This document shows, one piece after another, positions 49,694-58,832 of a stretch of DNA of 64,000 nt. The DNA is from Patescibacteria group bacterium. GTDB taxonomy: Bacteria > Patescibacteriota > Patescibacteriia > UBA9934. Where the stretch lies: assembly GCA_041659765.1 (NCBI GenBank), contig JBAZXR010000001.1:108537-172536 (forward strand). The letters run 5' to 3'. The notes under the pieces were generated by a model. That model was not told the DNA's origin and did no database searches. It saw nothing but the letters and a program-made list of their open reading frames with translations. A program made the position numbers and the translations under genes. Position 1 is the stretch's first letter. Every line of letters begins with the position of its first letter.

Positions 49694-49696
49694 CCT

Positions 49697-50758
49697 ATGA
49701 AAACAGATCAACGAATATTTGGCGCGGTCATTGTCCTGTCCATTATTTTAGGCGGGGGAGCGGGCATTATTAGCTCGACTATGACGTCTAGAGCTATCGA
49801 GTCTTATGCGGCTCAACTGCTAAATGATCAAAAGTTGATTTCACTTATTCCTCGGAAGTCACCGGCCATTCCGGGAACTTTTGAAGAAGCAATGAAGAAA
49901 AATAGAGAAGCGAGTCTTCGTTCGCTGGCTGTTTTGCTTCCGGCGAGTACGCCAAGCACCGCTGCTTCCGGTTGGATTTTTCCGGAAGGTGCTTTGAAAC
50001 TGGGCGTGCCAGTGACGAGTGACGGTTGGATTTTGACCTCCAGCGCTACTTTTAGTTCTAAGCTTTTGCCAAAAGATTGGGATGTTTATGTAGAGGGTAA
50101 GAGATTTGTGATTGATCGAGTCGTCCGGGATCCGCATTCAACCTTGGTTCTATTAAAACTGCAGAATGCGAGTGGACTTTTAACCGTTAGCTTTGGTAAA
50201 CCTGAAGATGTAGAAAGCGGCAGTACGGTTATTGGTTGGGGCGGGGAAGAAGATGTTCGAGCCACCCTGCTCGAAGCTGCCGATGCTGACACCAGACAGG
50301 GTCCGCAGAGCGCTGAGGTTTTTGCTACTACTTGGCGAGTTGGTTCGAGCTTACCGGCCGGCGTGCCAGTTTTTTCTTCTGACGCTGAACTCTTAGGCTT
50401 TGTGACTAGCGGAACGGATATCTTCCCGCTCCATCACTCCGGTGAGTTTGTGCAGGATGTACTTAAGAGCGGTTCGCCTAAGCTGGCTAAACTTGGGGTG
50501 ACGGTACTTGATCTCTCGCGCTCCTATAATGTGAGCGCTGAGGTGACTCAGGGCAGAGGGGAGGGCGCGTTGGTTCTGAATGCGGTTGGTCTGCTCCAGG
50601 CGTTGGACATCATTCTGGATGTAGACGGCCGGGCGGTCACCCATGCGGATACGCTGGCTGAGATATTGGCCGATTATGAACCGGGCGAAATAGCTAACAT
50701 TCATGTACTTAGAGCGGGCCAAAATGTGCAATTGGCCGTTACTTTGGGAGAATTATAG
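49697..50758 (+). CDS. HtrA/DegP-like trypsin-PDZ protein (catalytic motifs degenerate)
   Basis: G..VTSDGWILT; LGV, GALV, DII..VDG, V.RAG...V.LGE (PDZ). Confidence 0.8.
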   Translation: MKTDQRIFGAVIVLSIILGGGAGIISSTMTSRAIESYAAQLLNDQKLISLIPRKSPAIPGTFEEAMKKNREASLRSLAVLLPASTPSTAASGWIFPEGALKLGVPVTSDGWILTSSATFSSKLLPKDWDVYVEGKRFVIDRVVRDPHSTLVLLKLQNASGLLTVSFGKPEDVESGSTVIGWGGEEDVRATLLEAADADTRQGPQSAEVFATTWRVGSSLPAGVPVFSSDAELLGFVTSGTDIFPLHHSGEFVQDVLKSGSPKLAKLGVTVLDLSRSYNVSAEVTQGRGEGALVLNAVGLLQALDIILDVDGRAVTHADTLAEILADYEPGEIANIHVLRAGQNVQLAVTLGEL

Positions 50759-50931
50759 TCCCCAGCCTCTCTTGCGGGTTTTTTGCATCCCTGTTAATTT
50801 TCTGCGGACATGCCCCTTTTGAGGGCCCGATGGAACGGTCGTGACGCCTCCTCCTCGTCGCGATTTGTGACCGTTGGGCCTTCAAAGGGGGTATTGTAAT
50901 TTTGGCTAACAATAGCCTATAAAATCGTTTT

Positions 50932-50986
50932 CGGGATCCGGTTTCCGGTTTCATGGATCCGGAGTCCCGGACATCGGACACCGGAC
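50932..50986 (-). repeat. Degenerate 7-bp tandem repeat (TCCGGNN), intergenic
   Basis: Reverse complement tccggtg tccgatg tccggga c tccggat ccatgaa accggaa accggat cccg. Confidence 0.6.
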
Positions 50987-50994
50987 GCAAATAC

Positions 50995-51023
50995 TTGACA
51001 AAAGCCTGTTTTTTTGCTATTAT
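50995..51023 (+). promoter_or_regulatory. sigma70 promoter with extended -10
   Basis: TTGACA-17 nt-TATTAT, preceded by TG. Confidence 0.7.
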
Positions 51024-51220
51024 AGGTTGTTCTTTCAAACGAAAGAATTGGCTAACAAAACCTCCAGAATCGTCGCTCCGACGGCTTGGTATCCTTTGGC
51101 GTTCCTCCTCCAAACGCTAAGGTTGATGCCAGGTCATTGGAGCGCCGATTGCAGGCGCCGGTAAACTGACGTGTTGTCAGAACCGTCTTGCAGCGGACTC
51201 AAAAATCCCTTGGAGGGTAC

Positions 51221-52381
51221 ATGTTGACCATGATCCTGTGCGTCTTGACGAATTTTGCTCTGGCGACCGGCCCTGCGCCGACGCCTCCGGCCGCCACCGA
51301 GCCGGCCCCTGCGGTTTTGGTCGAGCCCCCGGATGAAAAGCCGGAGTGCAAGATCCAGGACGCCTGCACGGAGGCCGAACTGGCCGCGATGAAGCTGTGG
51401 ATGGCGGACATGGATGCCTGGCGCGCCCGTATGGGCAAGCCGAGCGCCACGACCGTCGAATTCCGCAAGAAGGTGGCGTGGTTGTGCGCTCAGCACAACG
51501 ACTGCCTCGACCCTGTCGCGGCAGCCCCGGCAGTCACGCGGCCGCCGGTGGTCACGCCCGTGGAGCCGCCCAAGAAGACCCCCCTCGAACAGCTCAAGGG
51601 GATCGTGACCGGTACGCCGAAGCCCGACGAGGGCGGAACGCGGCCGAGCCCGGACATGCCGACGACCATCGATCCGACGCCGACGATGCCGAGCGCAACT
51701 GCGACGGGTGGCCAGGCCACCGCCACGAACATCGTGGAAACGGTGGAACCAGCCACGACGGTCGAGCCCGGTCCGTCGAGCGCCTCCATCACCCGCACGG
51801 TGACGGAAGCGGACGGCCCCCGGCTCGGTCCCATCGCTGGGATCGAGTTCGTGCGCCAGGCTGAGATCCGCGGCGTGACCGCTCCGAGCATGCTCACTGA
51901 GCTGATCGGTGCGTCCCTCCGTCTGGGTGACAGCCATGGTCCGTTCGTGTCCGGTCGAGGCGCAGGCTTCGTCGGTTCGGAAGGGGCGCAGGGCGCGCTC
52001 GGTGGTCTGACCATCGGTGCCGGCCTGGACGGCCTGCTGGAATTCGGGGTTCTCTCCGAGTTCTACGTGTACGAGGTGCGCGGTGCTGGCGAACGGAGCA
52101 ATCCGTACGTCCAGGCCAAGTACTCCGGCCTCCGTAACGGCTTGAGCCTCTCGCTCTCGCCGGGTTCGGAAGACCGCGTCCTCCTCACCGCCAGTGGCTC
52201 CGTCGACCTGTTCCATGGTCGGGTGGAGACCAAGGACGGCCGGTGGGCGGACCTGTCGCCCACGCTCGGCCTCAGCCTCACCTGGTTCCCGAAGATCAGC
52301 GATCGGACGGAAACGGTGACGGTCACCGGTATGGCTTCGGACTCGAAGCCGCCCCGTGGTCAGGAAGTCCCGCTGCACTAG
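51221..52381 (+). CDS. Hypothetical secreted Pro/Thr-rich protein (GC-rich orphan)
   Basis: GGAGG SD, signal peptide, beta-strand-rich C-terminal half. Confidence 0.7.
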   Translation: MLTMILCVLTNFALATGPAPTPPAATEPAPAVLVEPPDEKPECKIQDACTEAELAAMKLWMADMDAWRARMGKPSATTVEFRKKVAWLCAQHNDCLDPVAAAPAVTRPPVVTPVEPPKKTPLEQLKGIVTGTPKPDEGGTRPSPDMPTTIDPTPTMPSATATGGQATATNIVETVEPATTVEPGPSSASITRTVTEADGPRLGPIAGIEFVRQAEIRGVTAPSMLTELIGASLRLGDSHGPFVSGRGAGFVGSEGAQGALGGLTIGAGLDGLLEFGVLSEFYVYEVRGAGERSNPYVQAKYSGLRNGLSLSLSPGSEDRVLLTASGSVDLFHGRVETKDGRWADLSPTLGLSLTWFPKISDRTETVTVTGMASDSKPPRGQEVPLH

Positions 52382-52459
52382 CGGGCAATCGAATGGGCGG
52401 CGGCTCTGGTGAAGGATCGAATCCTTGTCACCAGAGCCGTCGCACCTCTCTTTCAATGA

Positions 52460-52488
52460 TTGACAAAAGTCTAAAAATCTGCTATAGT
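52460..52488 (+). promoter_or_regulatory. sigma70 promoter with extended -10
   Basis: TTGACA-17 nt-TATAGT, preceded by TG. Confidence 0.7.
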
Positions 52489-52671
52489 AGTTCGTTACAG
52501 AATTAGTGAAATCCCGTGATGTTAGCGCATGAAGTTCATGCCCTGACATCGCCGGATTTCTCTCACGGCGATAAGCGAGTAATCGCGAATTGCTTGTGAG
52601 AGAGTGTTCCGGAGTGTTCCTTTCCTGCTAGACAAACAACCCGGGCCATCGTGCCCTATACGAGGTGACTA

Positions 52672-54225
52672 ATGTCACGCTTTGCAACGATTGCTGTTCT
52701 GTTCTTGGGTGCGTGCGGTGGGCAGTTCGCCCCCGACGAAATCGAGACCGGCGGCAACGACACCGGTTCCAACGCTGACGCCGACACCGACGCCGACTCG
52801 GACTCCGATACGGACTCCGATACGGACGCCGACGCCGACGTCGACACGGGCACCAACGAGGTCCCGTTCTACGACATCGACGGCGACGGGCGCGAGGACA
52901 AGCCGGCCACGGACGGCCTCATCCCGGTTGGGATGAACGTCTCGATCGCCGAGTTCAACACGCCGCCCGCGTTCCTGGACGAGTTGTACTTCGTTCCGTA
53001 CGGCGAGAACTGCAGCACCAGCTACAAGCTGTGGCGCGTCACGACCGTCGACGGCGCGGGCTACTTCGCCTGGACGCTCCGGAGCAATACCGGAACGATC
53101 GCAGGGAACGTCCGCAAGGTCACCTGGAACGAAGACGGCAGCTGCTACCTGGACGACGGATCGCTCGACTTCTGGGGCAACCTGGAAGCGGACAACATGG
53201 TCGGTGATCCGGCCATCGTTCCGAGCCTCGTGGACACCTACGAGGACGAGCAGACCCACGAGGTCAAGCACCGCATGATGGTGTGCCTCGAAGTCCGCGG
53301 CATGAGCACGATCCCGGGCAACCCGCTCGCCTGCCAGCAGATGCAGCAGGACGCTGGGCCGGTCGTGGATCCGGTCGAGACCATCTGGTACCGCGACTTC
53401 GACAACGACGGGTACGGCGATGCGGGAACCACCAAGTGGTCCGTGGCGCAGCCGGCAGAATACATCGGAGTCCCCGGCGATTGCTGGGATGACAACGACG
53501 AGGTTCACCCCGGTGCGACCGAAGTGGTCGATGGCCTCGACAACGACTGCGACGTGGTCAAGGACTGCGCCGACGCGAACGTGTCGAAGGTCTCGGAGAT
53601 CACGGGCGACGGCTACGACAACGACTGCAACACGTCGACGTCGGACACCGTTCCCTCGGCTACCCCGACCGACTGGTACCTGGACTCGGACGGCGACGGC
53701 TTCGGCAGCGCAGTCTCGAAGCTCTCGGCCGTGGCGCAGCCTGCGGGCTACGTCAGCAACGGCACCGACTGCGACGATGCGAAGAGGGACCGCTTCCCCG
53801 GCGCGACCGAGATCGCGGGCGACGGCATCGACCAGGACTGCAACGGCAGCGACCTGGCGACGGTACCTTCGGGTGACGGCCGCACGCTCGGCACGTGGAC
53901 CTTCACGTTGGATTCCAACGTGTCGGCGAGCGTGACCCAGTTCGAGATCCGGAACACGACCGCGAGCACCGTGGTCAGCCAGCTCAGCCGGAGCGGCAAC
54001 GTCTTCACCGTGCAGATCATGGGGAAGACGGGGGACGATCTGTCCGCGCAGTGCTGGTACACGAAGCCGGACGGGGTCACCGAGTGGTGCGCAAGCAACA
54101 ACCACTCGGGCAAGATCCTCTCGGCCACCGGTCCCGGCGGCGCGTACACGGTCGGTCAGCTCACGGGCGACTTCAAGTACGCCTCCGTGGACTCCGGTAA
54201 GCGGTACAACGGCAAGGTCAAGTAA
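52672..54225 (+). CDS. Lipoprotein with Asp-rich linker and MopE-type putative metal-binding repeats
   Basis: LGAC lipobox; DADTDADSDSD linker; WY.D.D.DG(Y/F)G...DC.D....PGATE..DG.D.DC repeats. Confidence 0.82.
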   Translation: MSRFATIAVLFLGACGGQFAPDEIETGGNDTGSNADADTDADSDSDTDSDTDADADVDTGTNEVPFYDIDGDGREDKPATDGLIPVGMNVSIAEFNTPPAFLDELYFVPYGENCSTSYKLWRVTTVDGAGYFAWTLRSNTGTIAGNVRKVTWNEDGSCYLDDGSLDFWGNLEADNMVGDPAIVPSLVDTYEDEQTHEVKHRMMVCLEVRGMSTIPGNPLACQQMQQDAGPVVDPVETIWYRDFDNDGYGDAGTTKWSVAQPAEYIGVPGDCWDDNDEVHPGATEVVDGLDNDCDVVKDCADANVSKVSEITGDGYDNDCNTSTSDTVPSATPTDWYLDSDGDGFGSAVSKLSAVAQPAGYVSNGTDCDDAKRDRFPGATEIAGDGIDQDCNGSDLATVPSGDGRTLGTWTFTLDSNVSASVTQFEIRNTTASTVVSQLSRSGNVFTVQIMGKTGDDLSAQCWYTKPDGVTEWCASNNHSGKILSATGPGGAYTVGQLTGDFKYASVDSGKRYNGKVK

Positions 54226-54250
54226 GCTAGGCATTCGGCCTGGCACGTAA

Positions 54251-54300
54251 AAGGGCGGCTATCGCGAGACATCATCGCGAAGCCGCCCTTCTTCTATTTT
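54251..54300 (+). terminator. Intrinsic terminator
   Basis: AAGGGCGGCT-a-TCGCGA..TCGCGA-AGCCGCCCTT followed by a T-rich tail. Confidence 0.65.
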
Positions 54301-54314
54301 AGGGGTTGTCAGGC

Positions 54315-54343
54315 TTGACGAAAGCCATTTTTTAGACTACAGT
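54315..54343 (+). promoter_or_regulatory. sigma70 promoter
   Basis: TTGACG-AAAGCCATTTTTTAGAC-TACAGT. Confidence 0.6.
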
Positions 54344-54384
54344 TCTCGGTCCGTTCGGATAGCATCCGTCGGCAAGGAGGACTC

Positions 54385-54921
54385 ATGAATCGCATTCTGT
54401 TCTTGGCCGTTCTGGCCTTCACCGCGCTCACTGGTTGCCAGATGCATCCGGATGCGCCCAATGGGAACCAGTCCGGCGGCGGCAACAACGATCAAGGCGA
54501 CGACATCATCCAGCAGGAGCCTGCGCTCGTCGAGATCATCGCCACGCAGGAGGACATCGACGGCACGAACGTCAGCCTCTACGCGAAGGGCGAGGGCAAC
54601 GACAACGTCAACTGGATCGCGAACCCGAACGCCGTCCCGATCGACACGGACTCGGACGGCCGCGGCGAGATCGGCAACTGGACCCAGTTCGAGGTGGCCT
54701 GCGGGGAGGAAATCACCCTCCAGTGCAACTTCCGCGACCGACAGGGTCGCGAGCGTTGGTGCTTCGAGAACGACCCGGACGACGGCGGGACCAACCAGTT
54801 CCTCGCGGACGACGTTTGGGTGGACGGCGTGGTGTCCAGGCTCCGGCCCGTCTTCAACGAGTGGACCGGCGCCAACGACTCCCACGGCTACAACGCCGTC
54901 ATCACCCGGAACTGCCGGTAG
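54385..54921 (+). CDS. Hypothetical lipoprotein (GC-rich)
   Basis: AAGGAGG SD; LTGC lipobox. Confidence 0.78.
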   Translation: MNRILFLAVLAFTALTGCQMHPDAPNGNQSGGGNNDQGDDIIQQEPALVEIIATQEDIDGTNVSLYAKGEGNDNVNWIANPNAVPIDTDSDGRGEIGNWTQFEVACGEEITLQCNFRDRQGRERWCFENDPDDGGTNQFLADDVWVDGVVSRLRPVFNEWTGANDSHGYNAVITRNCR

Positions 54922-54983
54922 ATCGTCACGTTCGGCTCGTCCCCTGGGGCGCTGTGCAGCAATGCATGGCGCTCTTTTTTATT

Positions 54984-55007
54984 GGGCGTGGCGAGCCACG
55001 CCCTTAC
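54984..55007 (-). repeat. REP-like palindrome
   Basis: Reverse complement GTAAGGGCGTGGC-TC-GCCACGCCC; resembles GTAG-footed REP hairpins. Single copy in this window. Confidence 0.4.
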
Positions 55008-55090
55008 AGCGAACTTGCTATGTACAGCTCGGCTTGCCCGTTTAGCTCGTTCTGCTACCCTCAACAGAGATATCTTAGAGGAGGCTTTTT

Positions 55091-55621
55091 ATGACTACAC
55101 GCTTGATTGCAGGGATTATTACTAGCGCGGTGCTTTTGACGGCGGGTTGGGGATGTGCAAAGACCACCCCCTCTATCCCCCTGGAAGGGGGAAGCGGCGA
55201 ACCCGAGGTGAAGGGCGTAGTCGACGAGTTGCCCGACGGAAAGGGGCCGGCGCCTTTTGAACTGTGCATCAGTACTGATGGCCCGGTTACCGGCGCGGTT
55301 TGGTTGTACGCCGCAAACAATACGGCGCCTCGTCTTAACTGGACGCAGTGGTTTTCTGCAGACCCAGTTGCGGCTGGGGATGCCGGCCAAGAAATTTGCG
55401 GAGCCCTTAATTTCTCCATTGAATCTGGCGATACCCTTTATTTGAACGGCACCTGGTCCAAAGGCAAGAACTTCCTAGTTAACAATCGCGGCGAGCAGGG
55501 CACACCAAGCGATCAGATCAAAGAAATTTGGCTTGATGATCAATTCTACGAGATTGGTAGGGATTGCGCTTACGAGAATAATAATATGGGAGGATATAAC
55601 CTAGCCTGCACGGTTCGGTAA
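55091..55621 (+). CDS. Hypothetical lipoprotein
   Basis: GGAGG SD; AGWGC lipobox-like motif. Confidence 0.75.
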   Translation: MTTRLIAGIITSAVLLTAGWGCAKTTPSIPLEGGSGEPEVKGVVDELPDGKGPAPFELCISTDGPVTGAVWLYAANNTAPRLNWTQWFSADPVAAGDAGQEICGALNFSIESGDTLYLNGTWSKGKNFLVNNRGEQGTPSDQIKEIWLDDQFYEIGRDCAYENNNMGGYNLACTVR

Positions 55622-55642
55622 GGAGTTCGGTATACTGTCAGC

Positions 55643-56818
55643 ATGAAGATTCTACACGTTCATAAATACTTTCATGCCAAAGACGGTGCTGGGCGCTATT
55701 TGTTTGATTTGATGCGGTTGCAGGAGGGCGCGGGACATACCGTTGCAGGTTTTGCGATGGAGGATCCGCGGAATGCACCGAACGCCTGGAGCAAGTATTA
55801 CGTCTCTAACCTGGATACCACAGGAGTGGGAGGAATAAGGAGCTCGCTGAAGCAAATCGGCCGAGCTTGGTGGAGCTTGGAGGCTAAGGATAAAATGGAG
55901 GACATGCTGGAGGCGTTCCGGCCAGATATTGTGCACATTCATAACATTTACACGCATCTTTCGCCGTCCGTTCTCGTCCCTTGTAAGAAGCGTGGGATTC
56001 CCGTGGTGATGACCGTCCATGATTACGCACTGTTATCCGCGGACTATACGCTGAGCGGTGACCAGCGGTTCATTAAGGGATCGAGGCTGGCTACTTTAGT
56101 TTTGAATTTCATCACACAGGCTCAGCGAGTATTGAAACTGTACGACAGAGGGATCGCGCGATACTTTCCGGTGTCAGCATTTGTGAAGGGTAAACTGGTT
56201 CACGGCGGATATCCTGAGGAAAAGATGGCGGTGATTCAGCCTGCAGTTTCTCCAGCGCTGTATGGCCGAACATTCGACCACGTTCGTGAAGATGCGGTGT
56301 TGTTCGTCGGGCGCCTTGAGGCGTATAAGGGTGTGGGTGTGTATCTGGAGGCGGCTGCCTTGCGGCCGGACCTGACGTTCTATGTGGTCGGTACCGGTCC
56401 GCTTGCTTCTACGGTTCAAGCCTTCTCCCAAAACCACACGAACGTTTCATACTTAGGATATCTTGAGCCGGAAGAGGTTTATAAAAAAATGGCGAGCGTG
56501 AAAGCTGGTATTTTCCCGAGTGTGTGGCAAGAGCCTTTTGGAATGGTGGCGCTTGAATCTCTGGCCGTTGGCACGCCGATTATTGTGAGCGACATTGGCG
56601 GATTAGGCGAGCTTGCGGTAAAGAGCGGGGGAGGCAAAGCGTTTACACCGGGGAATGCAGACGCACTCGTGGGCGCCATCGATGCCATGCTTTCGGATCC
56701 CGATTACGAAAAGATGGCAGAGCAGGGGATTGCGTACGCCAACAAAGAACATTCGCCGGAAGCATTCCTCAGAAAGATTATGGTTGAATATGGACGAGCC
56801 GAAGATTTTATCCGTTAA
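55643..56818 (+). CDS. Glycosyltransferase family 4
   Basis: MKILHVH, PDIVHIHN, TVHDY, FVGRL...KG, EPFGMVALES.A.GTP. Confidence 0.92.
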   Translation: MKILHVHKYFHAKDGAGRYLFDLMRLQEGAGHTVAGFAMEDPRNAPNAWSKYYVSNLDTTGVGGIRSSLKQIGRAWWSLEAKDKMEDMLEAFRPDIVHIHNIYTHLSPSVLVPCKKRGIPVVMTVHDYALLSADYTLSGDQRFIKGSRLATLVLNFITQAQRVLKLYDRGIARYFPVSAFVKGKLVHGGYPEEKMAVIQPAVSPALYGRTFDHVREDAVLFVGRLEAYKGVGVYLEAAALRPDLTFYVVGTGPLASTVQAFSQNHTNVSYLGYLEPEEVYKKMASVKAGIFPSVWQEPFGMVALESLAVGTPIIVSDIGGLGELAVKSGGGKAFTPGNADALVGAIDAMLSDPDYEKMAEQGIAYANKEHSPEAFLRKIMVEYGRAEDFIR

Positions 56819-58070
56819 AGATTTCTTAGCCCTGGTAAATGACACGCTGGCGATGATTCCGTCAGAGGCTTTTGTGATTGAGGGTGAGGTTTCGGATTTT
56901 AAGATTAGTCAGGGCAAGTGGATCAACTTTGATCTGAAGGACGAATCCGTAGACATGAAAGTGCCGTGTTTCACGACCATCTACAAGCTGGGTATTCCTA
57001 TTCAGAGCGGCATGCGCGTGCGGGCCAGGGGGAATGCGCGGGTCTTTGAGCGCTTCGGCAAGTTCTCGCTCAACGTTGACGAGGTAATTCCGGTGGGCGA
57101 GGGGGCTCTCCAAAAGGCCTATCTCGAATTGAAAAAGAAACTCACCGCTGAAGGGATTTTCGATGTACGTCGCAAACGACTAGTTCCTCAGTTTCCGGAG
57201 CGGATCGGTCTCATTACCTCGAAAGAAGCTGCGGCATATGGTGACTTCATGCGATTACTCGGCAACAGAATGGGGGGTTTAACCGTCATCCATGCTGATT
57301 GTCATGTGCAGGGTCAACACGCGGTCTCCGAAATCCTCGGCGCGTTTCAATCGCTCGCCGCGTTGCCGGAAAGCGAACGGCCACAAGTGATTGTGCTCAC
57401 GCGTGGGGGAGGCAGCCTTGAGGATCTGCACGCCTTTAATGATGAGCGAGTAGTGCGTGCTGTGTTTTCGTCGAGCATCCCGGTCATTGTCGGCGTAGGG
57501 CACGAGCGCGACGAGAGTTTATGTGACTTCGCTGCTGATGTTCGAGCCTCGACACCGTCTAATGCGGCCGAGCTACTAGTGCAGTCACGCAGCGAGTTGC
57601 TACGACTCGTTCATATTAGTGAAGACCGCATGTGGTACGGGATGAGTGAGCGGATTCGAAAATACAATAATAGAATTGAGCGCTCGCTACAGGTTTTTGA
57701 CCACGCAATTTCTCGGACTTCGCACGGCATTCACGACACGATTATGCGGTTCACGAATTCGTTTGACCGGTATCGGTTGAGCGTCGTTCAGACTCGCGAT
57801 CACATTGAACGTCGAGAGCGGGCGGTCATGACGCTGTTCGAGTCTTCGGTGATGCAAGTGAGGGCGAAGGTAGATGGGCTTGCTCGGCTGATTAAGAATG
57901 TTGACCCTACGCTTGTCCTTGCCCGAGGTTACTCGATCATTCGAAAGAACGGGGAATTAGTGCGCTCAGCTTCGGCGCTTGCTCCCGGAGACGCTTTCTC
58001 GGTACAGTTGTCACAAGGGACGCTCGACGCTGAAGTAATCGGCAAGCGAAGACAAGAACGATTATTGTAG
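56790..58070 (+). CDS. xseA: Exodeoxyribonuclease VII large subunit
   Basis: EGEVS, RIGLITS..AA, RGGGSLEDL..FN, GVGHE.D, TPSNAAE, LARGYSI. Confidence 0.96.
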   Translation: MDEPKILSVKDFLALVNDTLAMIPSEAFVIEGEVSDFKISQGKWINFDLKDESVDMKVPCFTTIYKLGIPIQSGMRVRARGNARVFERFGKFSLNVDEVIPVGEGALQKAYLELKKKLTAEGIFDVRRKRLVPQFPERIGLITSKEAAAYGDFMRLLGNRMGGLTVIHADCHVQGQHAVSEILGAFQSLAALPESERPQVIVLTRGGGSLEDLHAFNDERVVRAVFSSSIPVIVGVGHERDESLCDFAADVRASTPSNAAELLVQSRSELLRLVHISEDRMWYGMSERIRKYNNRIERSLQVFDHAISRTSHGIHDTIMRFTNSFDRYRLSVVQTRDHIERRERAVMTLFESSVMQVRAKVDGLARLIKNVDPTLVLARGYSIIRKNGELVRSASALAPGDAFSVQLSQGTLDAEVIGKRRQERLL

Positions 58071-58074
58071 TATT

Positions 58075-58308
58075 ATGGCAAAGAAAGCAGCATCATTTGG
58101 CGAGGCATTTCAGGAGCTGGAAGAAATCACCGCTTGGTTTGAGCGTGGCGATGTAGATCTTGATGAAGGCTTGAAGAAATTTGAGCGCGGACTCGAGCTC
58201 GCTGGAGTGTGTAAGGCAAAGTTGTCCGAGGTAGAAAATACCGTCATTGCTTTAAAGAAAAAATTCGCAGTTCTCTCTCTAGAGGACGATAACCAAACGA
58301 TCGTATGA
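58075..58308 (+). CDS. xseB: Exodeoxyribonuclease VII small subunit
   Basis: F.EA..ELEEI...E.G...LDE....FERG..L...C...L...E. Confidence 0.94.
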   Translation: MAKKAASFGEAFQELEEITAWFERGDVDLDEGLKKFERGLELAGVCKAKLSEVENTVIALKKKFAVLSLEDDNQTIV

Positions 58309-58655
58309 TGAAACTTCTCTTGCGTTGGGTCATTACTGCCTTGGTACTTTTGGCGGCGACGCAGTTTGTGACTGGTTTCCATGTAGCTAACTTCTACGCA
58401 GCGCTCGTCGCAGCATTGATTCTAGGGCTCTTGAACGCCATCGTTCGACCAGTCCTTGTCGTTCTGACCTTGCCGGTGACGGTGGTTACTCTCGGCCTTT
58501 TCCTCTTTGTTATCAACGGCCTTCTTATTTGGTTCATGAGCTCCTTTGTAAAAGGTGTGACAGTTGAGGGATTCCTTCCGGCCTTGTTCGTCGCAATCCT
58601 CCTTTGGGCCACGGGCGTGGTCACGAACTGGTTTTTGAAGGCGGACAAGGAATAA
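58305..58655 (+). CDS. YvlD/DUF360 (phage holin family 4) membrane protein
   Basis: GLLNAIVRPVL..LTLP....TLGLF.FVING. Confidence 0.88.
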   Translation: MMKLLLRWVITALVLLAATQFVTGFHVANFYAALVAALILGLLNAIVRPVLVVLTLPVTVVTLGLFLFVINGLLIWFMSSFVKGVTVEGFLPALFVAILLWATGVVTNWFLKADKE

Positions 58656-58671
58656 TGGGTGTTTGGCTAGG

Positions 58672-58832
58672 TTGACAAGATTTTTGTAATTGGGTAATCT
58701 CCTCGCACCATCGAATTCGTAGAACGCCAGTAGTGGTTAAACCCACGTAAGCCTGGTCGAGAAATCGATGAATCCACCATCTGGTGGGTTCATATTCTAC
58801 GGCCTCATGGCCGTAATTTTTAATCTCCGCGT
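58672..58832 (+). promoter_or_regulatory. rplJ promoter and probable L10 leader
   Basis: TTGACA...TAATCT, then a structured UTR (GTAGAA/TTCTAC, CCAG/CTGG, GAATCCACCA/TGGTGGGTTC) in the position of the L10(L12)4 autoregulatory leader. Confidence 0.55.

Noticed and set aside
51134-54885. Long antisense ORFs (51134-52549, 52675-54246, 54337-54885)
   Set aside because: These are shadows of GC-rich, C/G-ending sense genes. The + strand ORFs have an SD, signal peptides and promoters.
58305-58655. Holin as evidence of a prophage
   Set aside because: The YvlD/DUF360 family is a common chromosomal membrane protein, and there are no phage genes nearby.
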